45,426 nt of DNA, taken from Chiloscyllium plagiosum (taxonomy: Eukaryota). The notes under the pieces were generated by a model. It searched no databases and was not told the origin of the DNA. It saw only the letters and a list, made by a program, of their open reading frames with translations. Location of the stretch: positions 102,979,676 to 103,025,101 of the forward strand of contig NC_057717.1 of assembly GCF_004010195.1 (NCBI RefSeq), written 5' to 3'. Shown piece by piece: positions 32,065 to 41,795 of this stretch; within the stretch, counting starts at the first letter, position 1, and every line of letters starts with the position of its first letter. The position numbers were made by a program, and so were the translations under genes.

Positions 32065-32750
32065 ATAAACAAAAAAGAACAAAGAAAATTTACAGCCCAG
32101 GAACAGGCCCTTCGGCCCTCCAAGCCTGCGCTGATCCAAATCCACTGTCTAAACCTACTGCCCAATTCCTAAGGATCTGTACCCCTCTGCTCCCCACCTA
32201 CTCGTGCATCTGTCCAGACGCACCTTAAATGAATCTACCGGGCCTGCCTCTACCACCTCTGCTGGCAACATGTTCCAGACACCTACCACCCTCTGTGTAA
32301 AGTACTTTCCCCATATCCTTTTGGTAATGTGGCGACCAGAACTGTACACAGTATTCTAAACACGGCCGAACCAAATTCTTGTACAATTTTAACATGACCT
32401 GCCAGCTCTTATACTCAATACCCCATCTGCTGAAGGCAAGCAGAGCATATGCCTTCTTGACCACTCTATCCACCTGTGCAGCCACCTTCAGGGTACAATG
32501 GACCTGAACTCCCAGATCTCTCTGCTCATCAACTTTTCCCAAGGCTCTTCCATTTGCAATATATTTCACTCCAGGATTAGACCTTCCAAAATGAATCACC
32601 TCACACTTGCCACTTCTGCCATCTGCCACTTCTCTGCCCAACTCTCCAGTCTATCTATATTCTCCTGTATTCTTTGACAGTCCCACCAATCTTCATGTCA
32701 TCTGCAAACTTACTGATCAGACCACGAATGCCGTCTTCCAGATCATTTAT
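32065..32750 (-). mobile_element. CR1 LINE 3' portion with internal deletions
   Basis: ORF 32225-32641: KCEVIHFGRSN...RDLGVQVH...LVRPCLEYCVQFWSPHY; tail 'aaagaacaaagaaaatttacagcccagg'. Confidence 0.9.
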
Positions 32751-33085
32751 GGAATCAAGATGAATGGTATTGAAGAGAAAAATTCAACTGAGCTTTTTGG
32801 CTGAGGTCAGGAGCTGAATGGATGTGTAAGTGTTTATTGGTCCTTGTTTGGAATGAATAAAATCCACTGTGTTTTTGAGAGTTTTCTTCATAAATTATTT
32901 ACCTGCTGTCTCAGCACCTTTCTATTCCCATCCTGCTTTCAAAGCACCTTGAGTTCTGAAGCATTGAATGAAAGATTGATTTAATGAACTCCCACATAAC
33001 TATTCTCACAAAACTCACACACCAGGAGTGTAAACATTGGCTCATAGTGAATGACTGAGATGGAGAGTGGCGACTGGGTCTAAAC

Positions 33086-33501
33086 TGCTATGGACCAGGC
33101 CAAACCCTCCTCAAAATATTTCAAGAAGGTAACCCAAACGCTCACTTTTTCTTATTTTAAAAGTAGGTGTGTAGTGAGTGTTCCAGGTGCGATGTACCTG
33201 GTCAAGCCACTCAGCTTTAGGCAAAACAGAATTTGTTTAAACCCTATAATTGAAACATGAACAATGAAAAGTGGAATTTGGAATAACTTCACTATTGGAA
33301 AACTTAACCAACCCGATATAGTATCTATTACTAATTAACTGTTCCAATATGGTCACATTTCATAAACACACCCCATGGCAAAAAGGTAAATCCAAGCACA
33401 GATTCCTACAGGCAGGAGGGAACAACATCTACAGAGGGATTTCAGAGATAAGCAGAGGAATCCTTTACTGAAGATTGCAACTCCCCTGGACTCACACATC
33501 T
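33086..33501 (-). mobile_element. Partial second copy of the LTR at 2724-3313
   Basis: Colinear from 'tgctatggacca' to 'ctcccctggactcacacatctt'; shares 'tttaaccctataattgaaacatgaa'. Confidence 0.85.
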
Positions 33502-33504
33502 TGT

Positions 33505-33735
33505 TATAAACCCTTCCACACATAAAGCTTTATCGATGTTTGGAACTCTCTTCTTTAAATAACAGAATCAGCTTTTCTATATTAAATCTGAGTAGAAAAA
33601 ATTGTGTTAAGTAATGACATTAAGGGAAATGGGCCAAAAGCATAGGATATGGAGTTAGGCCACAGATCAGCCACAAACATGTTAAATGGCAGAACAGCCT
33701 TTGAGGGACTGAAAGGCCTACTCCTGTGTCTATTT
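33505..33735 (+). mobile_element. CR1 3' tail
   Basis: 'tttggaactctctt...attaagggaaatgggccaaaagc...gaaaggcctactcctg'. Confidence 0.65.
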
Positions 33736-33737
33736 TT

Positions 33738-33986
33738 TTAGATTAGATTCCCTACAGTGTGGAAACAGGCCCTTTGGCCCAACCAGTCCACTCCCTCCGA
33801 AGAGTAACCCACCTAACACTATGGACAATTTAACATGGTCAATTCACCTGACGTGCACATCTTTGGACTGTGGGAGGAAACCCATGCAGACACGAGGAGA
33901 ACGTGCAAACTCTACACAGTTAGTCGCCCGAATCGAACCTGGGACCCCGGTGCTGTGATGCAGCAGTGCTAACCACTGAGCCACCA
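33738..33986 (-). mobile_element. HE1-type V-SINE (deleted)
   Basis: 'ttagattagattccctacagtgtggaaacaggccc...cagcagtgctaaccactgagccacc'. Confidence 0.9.
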
Positions 33987-34188
33987 TATCACTCCTATGC
34001 CACTATGTTCCTAGGCCTTTAACCCAATGTTAGGAATCTGAAGTTTTTGCCTCTCACCCAATTAAGTTTCCTGGAAAATTCTATCCGTGGCATCCATTAT
34101 TCAGCAGAATATCTTCACAAACGCTCTTTCAAATTCCAGGTTCTTCTAGGAATATACGGGAACCAAAGTTGGCTTTAATTGTCCACAA

Positions 34189-34406
34189 TTGAAAGGTGTG
34201 GTGCTGGAAAAGCACAGCCAGTCAGGCAGCATCTGAGGAGCAGGAGAGTCCTCATTTTGAGCATAAGCTCTTCACCAGGAATGATGAAGATCCCGTGCTT
34301 GAAATGTCGACTCTCCTGCTCCTCAGACACTGCCTGACCGGCTGTGCTTTTCCAGCATCACACTTGTCAACTCCGATCTCCAGCATCTGCAGTCCTCACT
34401 TTCTCC
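34189..34406. mobile_element. Family A PLE fold-back module with 15-bp TSD
   Basis: 'tttaattgtccacaa' 34174-34188 and 'tttaattgttcacaa' 34410-34424; arms 'gtgtggtgctggaaaagcacagcc' and 'ggctgtgcttttccagcatcacac'. Confidence 0.9.
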
Positions 34407-34977
34407 CAGTTTAATTGTTCACAAGTCAAACTGAGAATTGGTTTTCTAATATTCTCAATATGACAGAAATACCTGTATCCCCTTTGAAAGATTGCATCTG
34501 AATGATGTTAACCTTAATCTCAAAGTGCAATAGGAAACAGCAGCATCCATTTCTCAGGGAGGTGTGTTTCAACAGAATTGAATCAATTGGCAAGAAAATT
34601 CAAATCCTCTCACTGTTGGTTACTTAACATTTACTTCATTAGAATTCAGTTCAGTTGGTTCAATTGTCTGAGGACATGCTGTTAACTGAGAGACCTGGCT
34701 TTTTATCTTGAAGACAGAGTGTCAATGAAATGCAAGTCCAGTGAACACTCAAAAATGCATGTACTTGCAACAAAAGAAAGAAAGTTTTATCACCTTATGA
34801 TTTGTGTAAGCATCTAATAGCCAATCATGGAAATGTAGTGGATATTATAGTGTTAGATATACAGGGGAGGTGATGCCCTAGTGCTAATATCACTGGGCTA
34901 TTAATCCAGAGACTCAGGTAATGTTCTGAGGCCCAAGTTTGAATGCCAGCTTGGAAGATGGTGGAAATTGAATCCAA

Positions 34978-35184
34978 GACAAGATTAGAGTGGTGCTGGA
35001 AAAGGACAGCAGGTCAGACAGCATCCGAGGAGAAGGGATATTGACGTTTCAGGCAGGAGCCCTTCATCAGGAATTCTGAAATGTTGATTCTCCTGCTCCT
35101 CGGATGCTGCCTGACCTGCTGTGCTTTTCCAGCACCACTCTAATCTTGACTCTGATCTCCAGCATCTGCAGTTCTCACTTACAT
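34978..35184. mobile_element. Family A PLE fold-back module with perfect 14-bp TSD
   Basis: 'gaaattgaatccaa' at 34964-34977 and 35185-35198; arms 34980-35052 and 35076-35148 are reverse complements. Confidence 0.9.
35043..35070 (-). ncRNA. Minimal hammerhead ribozyme core (family A)
   Basis: Minus strand CTGATGA-A-GGGC-TCCT-GCCT-GAAA-CG-TC. Confidence 0.7.
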
Positions 35185-35479
35185 GAAATTGAATCCAATA
35201 ACAGTCTAGAGTTAACAGTCTAATAATGACCATGAATCCATCGTTAATTGTCACAAAAAGTCCATCTGGTTCACTAATTGTTTGCAGGGAAGAAAACTGC
35301 CATCTTTACCTGGTCTGGCCTACACGTGACTCCAGTCTCACAGCAATGTGCTTAATATTTAACCTCTCTCTGGGGTAATTAGGGATGGGTAATAGAAGCT
35401 GGCCTGACCAGTGATGCTCACATCCCATTAAAAAAAATACGGCAGCCACATTGTCCAGGACATTGTCCCACTAACAGAT

Positions 35480-35810
35480 ATCTAATAATGACCAGGTTGT
35501 CTGCTTTGGTGATGGTGTTTCAAGGATAAATGTTTCAGAGTCACTCCAGAGGCTGCCCTGCTATTCTTTGAAACAACAGGCAGCCAAACTTTCCAATATA
35601 TTTTTGAACTCGGAGCAGCAGCATTGAATGCATTGGCATGATTCTCGTCGTCATGAACAGAGATTCCCCCTGTGGCTGCTCAGGGAGTGTATGAGGGATG
35701 GAGTCATTTACACCCATCTGAGATAGCCAACTTTAATATCCGTTTGGAAAATCCACATTTCCAGGGATGCCAGTCCCTTCTCAGTGCTACATGAGGAGTG
35801 TAAACTTAGC
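35480..35810 (-). mobile_element. Degenerate DeuSINE
   Basis: 'taatgaccagg...tcaaggataaatg...ccctgctattctttgaaa...ctcagtgctac' mirrors 14400-14580. Confidence 0.45.
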
Positions 35811-35904
35811 TGATCTTGTCGTGCAGTATGTGTAGTGTCCCTACCTCCTGGCTGGAAGCTCTGGGTTCAAGTCCCCACACTCTCAGAGCTGGATGGCATG
35901 GACA

Positions 35905-36390
35905 TTGTGATTTTTGAGAAAATCTGTAGCTCAGATTGAGGTTAAGGCTCTAAGTTTGCTCGCTGAGCTGGAAGGTTTGTTTCAGACATTTCATCACCAT
36001 ACTAGGTAGTATCATCAGTGAGAGTCTCCGGTAAAGCCCAGGTGTTGTGTCCCACTTTCTATTTATGTACATTGGTCTATTGTGGTGGGTGATACCATTT
36101 CCGGCTCTTTTTCTCAGAGGTTGGTAAATAGGATCCAAATCAATATGTTTATTGATAGATTTCTGGTTTAAATGCTAATCAATAAACACATCGATTTGTA
36201 CCCTATTTACCAATAACTGAGAAAAAGAATCCGAAATGATATCACTCACTTTAAGAGGCCAAGACACATAAATAGAAAGAAAGACATACCACCAGTGCTT
36301 CACCAGAGGCTCATTGATGATGTTACCTAGCATGGTGACAAAATATATTAAAATGAACCTTCCAGCTCAGCAAGCAAACTTACAACCTGA
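35905..36390. mobile_element. Two opposed Poseidon-like PLE 3' ends (family E) forming a large inverted repeat
   Basis: Minus arm encodes DPIYQPLRKR (ORF 35950-36138); plus arm starts 'atcaataaacacatcgatttgtaccctatttaccaa'; both similar to 28273-28572. Confidence 0.85.
35985..36018 (-). ncRNA. Hammerhead-like core (family E), partly decayed
   Basis: Minus strand CTGATGA-T-ACTACC-TAGTAT-GGTGAT-GAAA-TG-TC; stem II imperfect, palindrome broken. Confidence 0.5.
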
Positions 36391-37021
36391 AAGTAATTAT
36401 CGATTTCTAAATTCTTTCAATACGCAGACGGCAGCTGGTAAGCTTCCCATCCAGCCAGAACAGCTTCCCCACATTAAAAGTCTCCACATGCAGGCTCATG
36501 TCGTGAGCAAGTGTCGCCATAATTTCTGATACGATTCCAAGGAGACCCTGGATTACGCACTGAAGTCCCGCTCCAGGGATCAGTCTACTGTTAAACACCT
36601 TGCAGATCTTCAAAGTCTCCCTTGTGCCTTGATCTTCTCAATGGGAATATTACTTGGGTTCAGTTTAACTAGAAGAGTGTGTCGTTGTGACATGACATCC
36701 TCTGACATTTACTCTGCTGACTTTGCAATGTAACACAGTCTGTTGTTCTGCTGATTGATCCTTCAGACTGACAGGACACTTTAAGTGCCAAGTCTAAATA
36801 TGCCTTTGCATATTTCAATGCCACATATAGCTCTTTAAGTTGCATTTATAGAATATGATCAAGTACTTCCATCCAAATTGCAGTTTACACTTCCTATCTT
36901 TCTTTGTTGGATGCAGCCTTGGTCTCAGCTGTCTACCATGCCTGTTTACAAATCAAACCTTCCTACATGCATCCTTATCACATCCCAAAGTCTCTGGAGA
37001 AGGGGTTATCCATGAATGACT

Positions 37022-37348
37022 GGGTGGCACAGTTGTCCAGTGGTTAGCACTGCTGCCTCACAGCACCAAGGACCTGATCCTCTGAAGAATATTCCACCCA
37101 GACCCAACACTGTCCCTGTAACCCAGCATTTCCCATGACTAACCCACCCAGTTTGTGCACTTTGGACAATTCAGCACGGCCAATGCCCTTAACCGGCACA
37201 TCTTTGGACTGTGGGAGGAAACCGGAGCACCTGGAGGAAACCCACACGGGGAGAATGTGTAAACTCGACACAGACTGTGGCCCAAGGCTGGAATCAAACC
37301 CGAGACGCTGTAAGGATGTAGCGCTAACCATTGAGCCACCGTGCCGCC
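37022..37348. mobile_element. HE1 head (+, 37022-37075) facing a near-complete HE1 (-, 37078-37348)
   Basis: 'gggtggcacagttgtccagtggttagcactgctgcctcacagc' and '...gctaaccattgagccaccgtgccgcc'. Confidence 0.85.
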
Positions 37349-37659
37349 AATTCTAATGAGAGGGGATTAATTAAAACAATGTCAGACATTAACTTAAAGA
37401 GATTGAGTTTTCCAATCACATCTGTGAAGAAATAGCTTGTGCATGAATTGTGTGATGAGCAGCTGATTGATTGTCACTTGCAATAATGTGTTTTCCCTGG
37501 GCCATTACAAACTTCCTTTTGGGGACCAGGGACATAGATTGAAGGTAAGGGGCAGGAGGTAAGAAAGAAATTTTTAGATGCTGGTGAAAATTTGGAACTC
37601 ACTGCCTGTAAGGGTGGCAGAGGCAGACACCAGCATAACATCGAAGAAATGGAGTCACA

Positions 37660-38430
37660 CAGGTGGGCAGGGGGGTGAAGAAGGCATTTGGTAAACTTGC
37701 CTTTATTGGTCAGATCACTGAGTATTTGGGAGTTGGAGATCACGTTGCAGCTGTATAGGACATTGGTTAGGCTATTTTTGGAATACCGCACACAATTCTG
37801 GTCTCTCTACTATAGGGAGGGTGTTGTGAAACTTGAAAGGGTTCAGAAAAGACTTACAAGGATGTTGCCAGGGTTGGACGATTTGAGTTATAGGGAGAGG
37901 CTGAACAGGCTGGGGCTGTTTTCCCTGGAGCGTCGGAGGCTGAGGGGTGACCGTATAGAGGTTTATAAAATCACGAGGGGCATGGATAGGGTGAATAGAC
38001 AAGGTATTTTCCGCAGGGTAGGGGAGTCCAAAACTAGAGGGTGAGAGGGACAAGATTTAAAAGGGACCTAAGGGGCAACTTTTTCACGCAGAGGGTGGTG
38101 CGTGTCTGGAATGAGGAAGTGATGGAGGCTGGTACAATTTAAAAGGCATCAGGATGGGTATATGAATAGGCGGGATATGGACTAAATGCTGACAATTGGG
38201 ACTAGACTAATGTCGGATATCTGGTTGGCATGGACGGGTTGGATCTAAGGGTCTGTTTCTGTGCTGTACATCTCCAATACTCTCAGCGTTAGATATGCAC
38301 TTGCAAGGCCAAGGCATCCAAGGCTATGGACCAAGTGTTGGGAAATGGAATGAGAATAGTTAACTGCCTGCTTTTGACCAGCTCTAACCCGATTGGCCGA
38401 AGGGCCTTTCTCTGCGCTGTGGCTCTGTAT
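37660..38430 (+). mobile_element. CR1/HER1 LINE 3' portion plus adjacent CR1 tail
   Basis: ORF 37688-38044: LQLYRTLVRLFLEYRTQFWS...LERVQKRLTRMLPGL...ERLNRLGLFSLERRRLRGDRIEVYKI. Confidence 0.9.
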
Positions 38431-38499
38431 GACATTCTGTTTCACCAGAACATCCATGGAGGTGATGTTGTGTGATTTTGTGCCACCTTTACCCAGAGC

Positions 38500-38657
38500 A
38501 AACAGCATCACAGCCCCCAGATTATCATGTGTCTTCTCTGTGGGCGCTGGACCTGCACAGATTAGTGGCAGCATTTCCTGCATTGTCATCCTCTGCAAAG
38601 CACCTTGGGCTGTTCTGATGACCTGAAAGGTGTTACGTAAATGTAAGTATTTTCTTT
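38500..38657 (+). mobile_element. DeuSINE 3' half
   Basis: 'cagattat...tgtgggcgctggacctgcacagattagtggcagcatttcctgcattg...aaagcaccttggg...gaaaggtgttacgtaaatgtaag'. Confidence 0.55.
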
Positions 38658-38853
38658 CGACGGAGGATATAACTCCATGAACAGGTGGTGAGAAGCAGGG
38701 CAGTTTATGAGCTTGGACAGTTGGGTGGAAATATTTCGAGAGTGTGGGAACCACCCATATTCTCTTGCGGTATTTCCAAATGAGTGAACTTGGAGCAGGG
38801 CTCTCAGCCTCTTTGTGAGTGACCTTGAACTATGTTGACTCAAAATATAAGAA

Positions 38854-38994
38854 CTGAAAATGTGTTGCCGGAAAAGCAGGGCTCATGCCTGAAACGTCGA
38901 TTCTCCTGCTCCTTGGATGCTGCCTGACCTGCTGCGCTTTTCCAGCCACACATTTTCAGCTCTGATTTCCAGCATCTGCAGTCCTCACTTTCTC
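38854..38994 (+). mobile_element. Family A module with short 5' inversion and perfect 15-bp TSD; hammerhead truncated
   Basis: 'ctcaaaatataagaa' at 38839-38853 and 38995-39009; 38854-38878 is inverted relative to 38935-38959; keeps GGGC-TCAT-GCCT-GAAACGTC but lacks CTGANGA. Confidence 0.9.
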
Positions 38995-39149
38995 CTCAAA
39001 ATATAAGAATTCAATTTACACCCAAGTGCTGTAATTGAAGATCTTGTCAGCCTGGTATTGATTCAGCGATGGTTACTTGTTGCTAGTTACTAGTTGAGAA
39101 ATGTATCTAGCCTCGCTATTGCTGTATTTTTGCTCAGCCTTACAAACCT

Positions 39150-39390
39150 CTGAGATCAAACAGCCCTGGTCCTCTTCGGAATCACTTTACTCCCTTTTGC
39201 TACAGCAACTGGTGGCTGTTCGTTTTTCCAAACTCTGGGTTCCCCTCACTCCACGTCCGCCTCTCTCTCTGTTTTCAAGACATGCCTTGGAACCTCTAAT
39301 TGGTTCAAGCGGCCAGGGCGTTAAAACAATTACACTCTCATGAGGACCTTTCGTTGAGATCTCTGGGTGCTATATAAATGCAGCTTGTTG
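39150..39390 (+). mobile_element. L2-type LINE 3' end, degenerate
   Basis: 'aactctgggttcccctc...cgcctctctctctgttttcaagacatgcctt'; tail 'gtgctatataaatgcagcttgttg'. Confidence 0.5.
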
Positions 39391-39559
39391 CTTCTTTGAC
39401 GTTTGCTGGACTTGTGATTGGACTGAGGTATGGGGGGTTGAAGGGGGAGGCAGACACTGATTAGATAGTGTGGTAAAAACACTTAGGGATGAGGGGAGAA
39501 TTGGGTGTTGGCTGGGTGTGGGGGTGAGGTGGGGTGAGCGTGAAGATGGACACAACTTC

Positions 39560-39790
39560 AGCCTTGGCTGCGTGGCACAGTTAAAATTAATTGCAGATCT
39601 AAGACGAGACAGCAGCGCTGGGCTGTAGTTCAGTCAGAAATGATGGATGAGAGATTGTGCGCAAATTGGTTAGCGTTATTGATCTTATTACAATGAGGTC
39701 TGTACTGAATAGAGATTAAGCAACTCGAGCCATACTGAACGAAACTTGTGACACGAGGAGTTTAAATTTAGAAGCTGTTTGTGCCAGTAC
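39560..39790. promoter_or_regulatory. Unique island, candidate enhancer/CNE
   Basis: AATTAATTGC, TGATGGAT, TATTGAT, ACAATG; several retained CpGs. Confidence 0.3.
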
Positions 39791-39929
39791 TTGACGGTTT
39801 CTGGGAGAAAGTATTCTTAATGAATATTACCCGCAGAGGGACCACAATAGGAAAGCAGCAAACAAACAGAGATTGCTGGAGAAAATTGACAGGTGGAGAG
39901 AGAAATGCTTTTAACATTTTGAGTCTAGT

Positions 39930-40552
39930 TATAGAGTCATAGAGTCACAGAGTCATACAGCACGGAACAGACACTTCGGTCGAACCAGTGCATGCTGAAC
40001 ATAATCCCAAACTAAACTAGTCCCACCTGCAATATCCCTCCAAACTTTTCCTATTCATGTACTTATCCAAATGTCCTTTAAACATTGTAACTGTACGTGC
40101 ATCCACCACTTCCTCTGGAAGATCATTCCACACACTAACCAGCCACTGTATTGAAAAAAATGCCTCTCATATCTTTTTTGAATCTCTCTCCTCTCACCTT
40201 AACTGTGTGCCCCTGGTCATGAAATCCCCCATTTTAGGGAAAAGACAATGACCATTAACTCTGTCCATACCCTTCATGATTTTATAAACTTCCATAAGAT
40301 CACCTCTCAACTTCCTACACCCCAGTTAAAAGATCCCAGCCTGTTCAGCCTCTCCTTCTAATTCAATCCTTCCATATCCAGCAACATCCAGGTAATTCTC
40401 TTCTGAACCTTCTCTAGTTTAATAATATTCTTTCTGTAACAGGGTGACACAGTACTCCAGAAGAGGCCTCACCAATGTCCTGTACAACCTCAATATGATG
40501 TCCCAACGCCTCTACTCTAAGGTCTGAGCAATAAAGACAAGTATGCTAAATG
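39930..40552 (-). mobile_element. CR1/HER1 LINE 3' portion (resumes at 40962-41010)
   Basis: Tail 'tagagtcatagagtcacagagtcatacagcacgg'; colinear with 9633-10250. Confidence 0.9.
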
Positions 40553-40961
40553 TTCAGCCTCCTGCTTATCGACCTTGGATTCTAGCAGCTGCAGTTTATT
40601 TGTCTCTAACTAAGTTTCTACCACTGTGAAGTCTCTTCAAGGCATGTCCACTTTGAAGAAGCTCTCTGCCTTGCTCAGACATGCACTCAGTGAGCCCCTT
40701 TCTCACTGCCACAGTGCTGTGACCTCTTAGCCCTCCAGCTCTTTGACTACACGATGAAAAAAATCCCACTACTACAGCACCTATCCCAACCTCACTAGCC
40801 CGCTTCCCCTCTCCCTTCCTCCCCCACCTCCCCTTTATCTGCAACTCCCCTTACACCCACCCGCCCCTAATCCTGAAGAAGGGTTAATACCCGAAATGTT
40901 GACTTCTCCACCTCCTGATGCTACTTGGCTTGCTGTGTTCTTCCAGCATCCTGCCTGTCTA
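40553..40961 (+). mobile_element. PLE-derived insertion (family D) inside CR1, with short terminal direct overlap
   Basis: Starts 'ttcagcctcctgcttatcgacc', ends 'ttccagcatcctgcctgtctacc'; C-rich UTR followed by a hammerhead core. Confidence 0.7.
40873..40900 (+). ncRNA. Minimal hammerhead ribozyme core (family D)
   Basis: CTGAAGA-A-GGGT-TAAT-ACCC-GAAA-TG-TT; stem II compensatory to family A (GGGT/ACCC vs GGGC/GCCC); palindrome likely CpG-decayed. Confidence 0.6.
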
Positions 40962-41404
40962 CCTTCTTAACCACCGTGACAACAAATTTCAAAGAATTAT
41001 GTACCTGAACTGACACAAGGCAGACTCTTCTAAAGCCCCCACTGTCCTTTGTTTTATTTAAGAAAGGGATGCATTAGTTTGTCACACAATACAGGCATGG
41101 GGTGTGCACACAGGATTTGAAAGCTGGTGGGGTAAGGAAATTACCTCTTAAGGTTTGTGGGAGGGAATGAAAAGAGGGGGAGCAGGGTAACATCTATCTC
41201 TTCATGTCACACCATTCTTTTCAAAATCCGGAATGTTTTATTATTGTCGTCCCCATAAGTAACATAGCAGCCACTCCTCTCCTCCTGGAGAACTGAATGT
41301 GACCCTAGAATACTTGCATTTGATGGCACAAAAGGGCACCTTTGATTTGGTGCTGATTGATAAAGGCCATCTGTGAATACAACAAGTACAGAAGGTTCAA
41401 CAGG

Positions 41405-41795
41405 ACCAAAAACAGGAATCGCTGGAAAAGCTCAGCGGGTCTGGCAGCATTTGTGCAGAGAAATCAGAGTTAATGTTTTGGGGTCCAGTGATCCATCCTC
41501 AGAACTGATGGTAGCTGGGAAAATGGTTTATAGACAGAAGATGGGGGGGGGGGGGGGGAAGGGGGTAAGGAGCAAACGATAGGTGGGGATAGGGCCCAAA
41601 GAGAGAGAGAACAGTTGGACAGATAAAGGATTGGGTAACGATCTGACTGGGAGGATGAATAGCTACTAATGGGGATTGTTAGTGGCTAATAATTGTTACT
41701 GTTATTTCAGAAATGTTAACACTGATTTCTCTCCAGAGATGCTGCCAGAAGTATTGAGCTTTTCCAGCAATTTCCGTTTTTTTTCTGATCTACAT
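41405..41795 (-). mobile_element. Family C PLE 3' UTR/pLTR with inverted terminal copy
   Basis: 41410-41480 opposed to 41710-41785; minus strand of 41472-41502 has CTGAGGA...AAAA-CA-TT (decayed core); body matches 4610-4800. Confidence 0.8.

Larger units (their letters stand above)
34865..35432 (+). mobile_element. SINE type B, full length, interrupted by a family A module
   Basis: Head 'ggggaggtgatgccctagtg', B-box-like 'agtttgaatgcc', body 'ctggtctggcctacacgtgactccag', tail 'gatgctcacatcccattaaaa'. Confidence 0.8.

Noticed and set aside
2724..33501. The two LTR copies as ends of one giant provirus
   Set aside because: No gag/pol/env remnants between them, the first has its own TSD-like flanks, and the copies are diverged.
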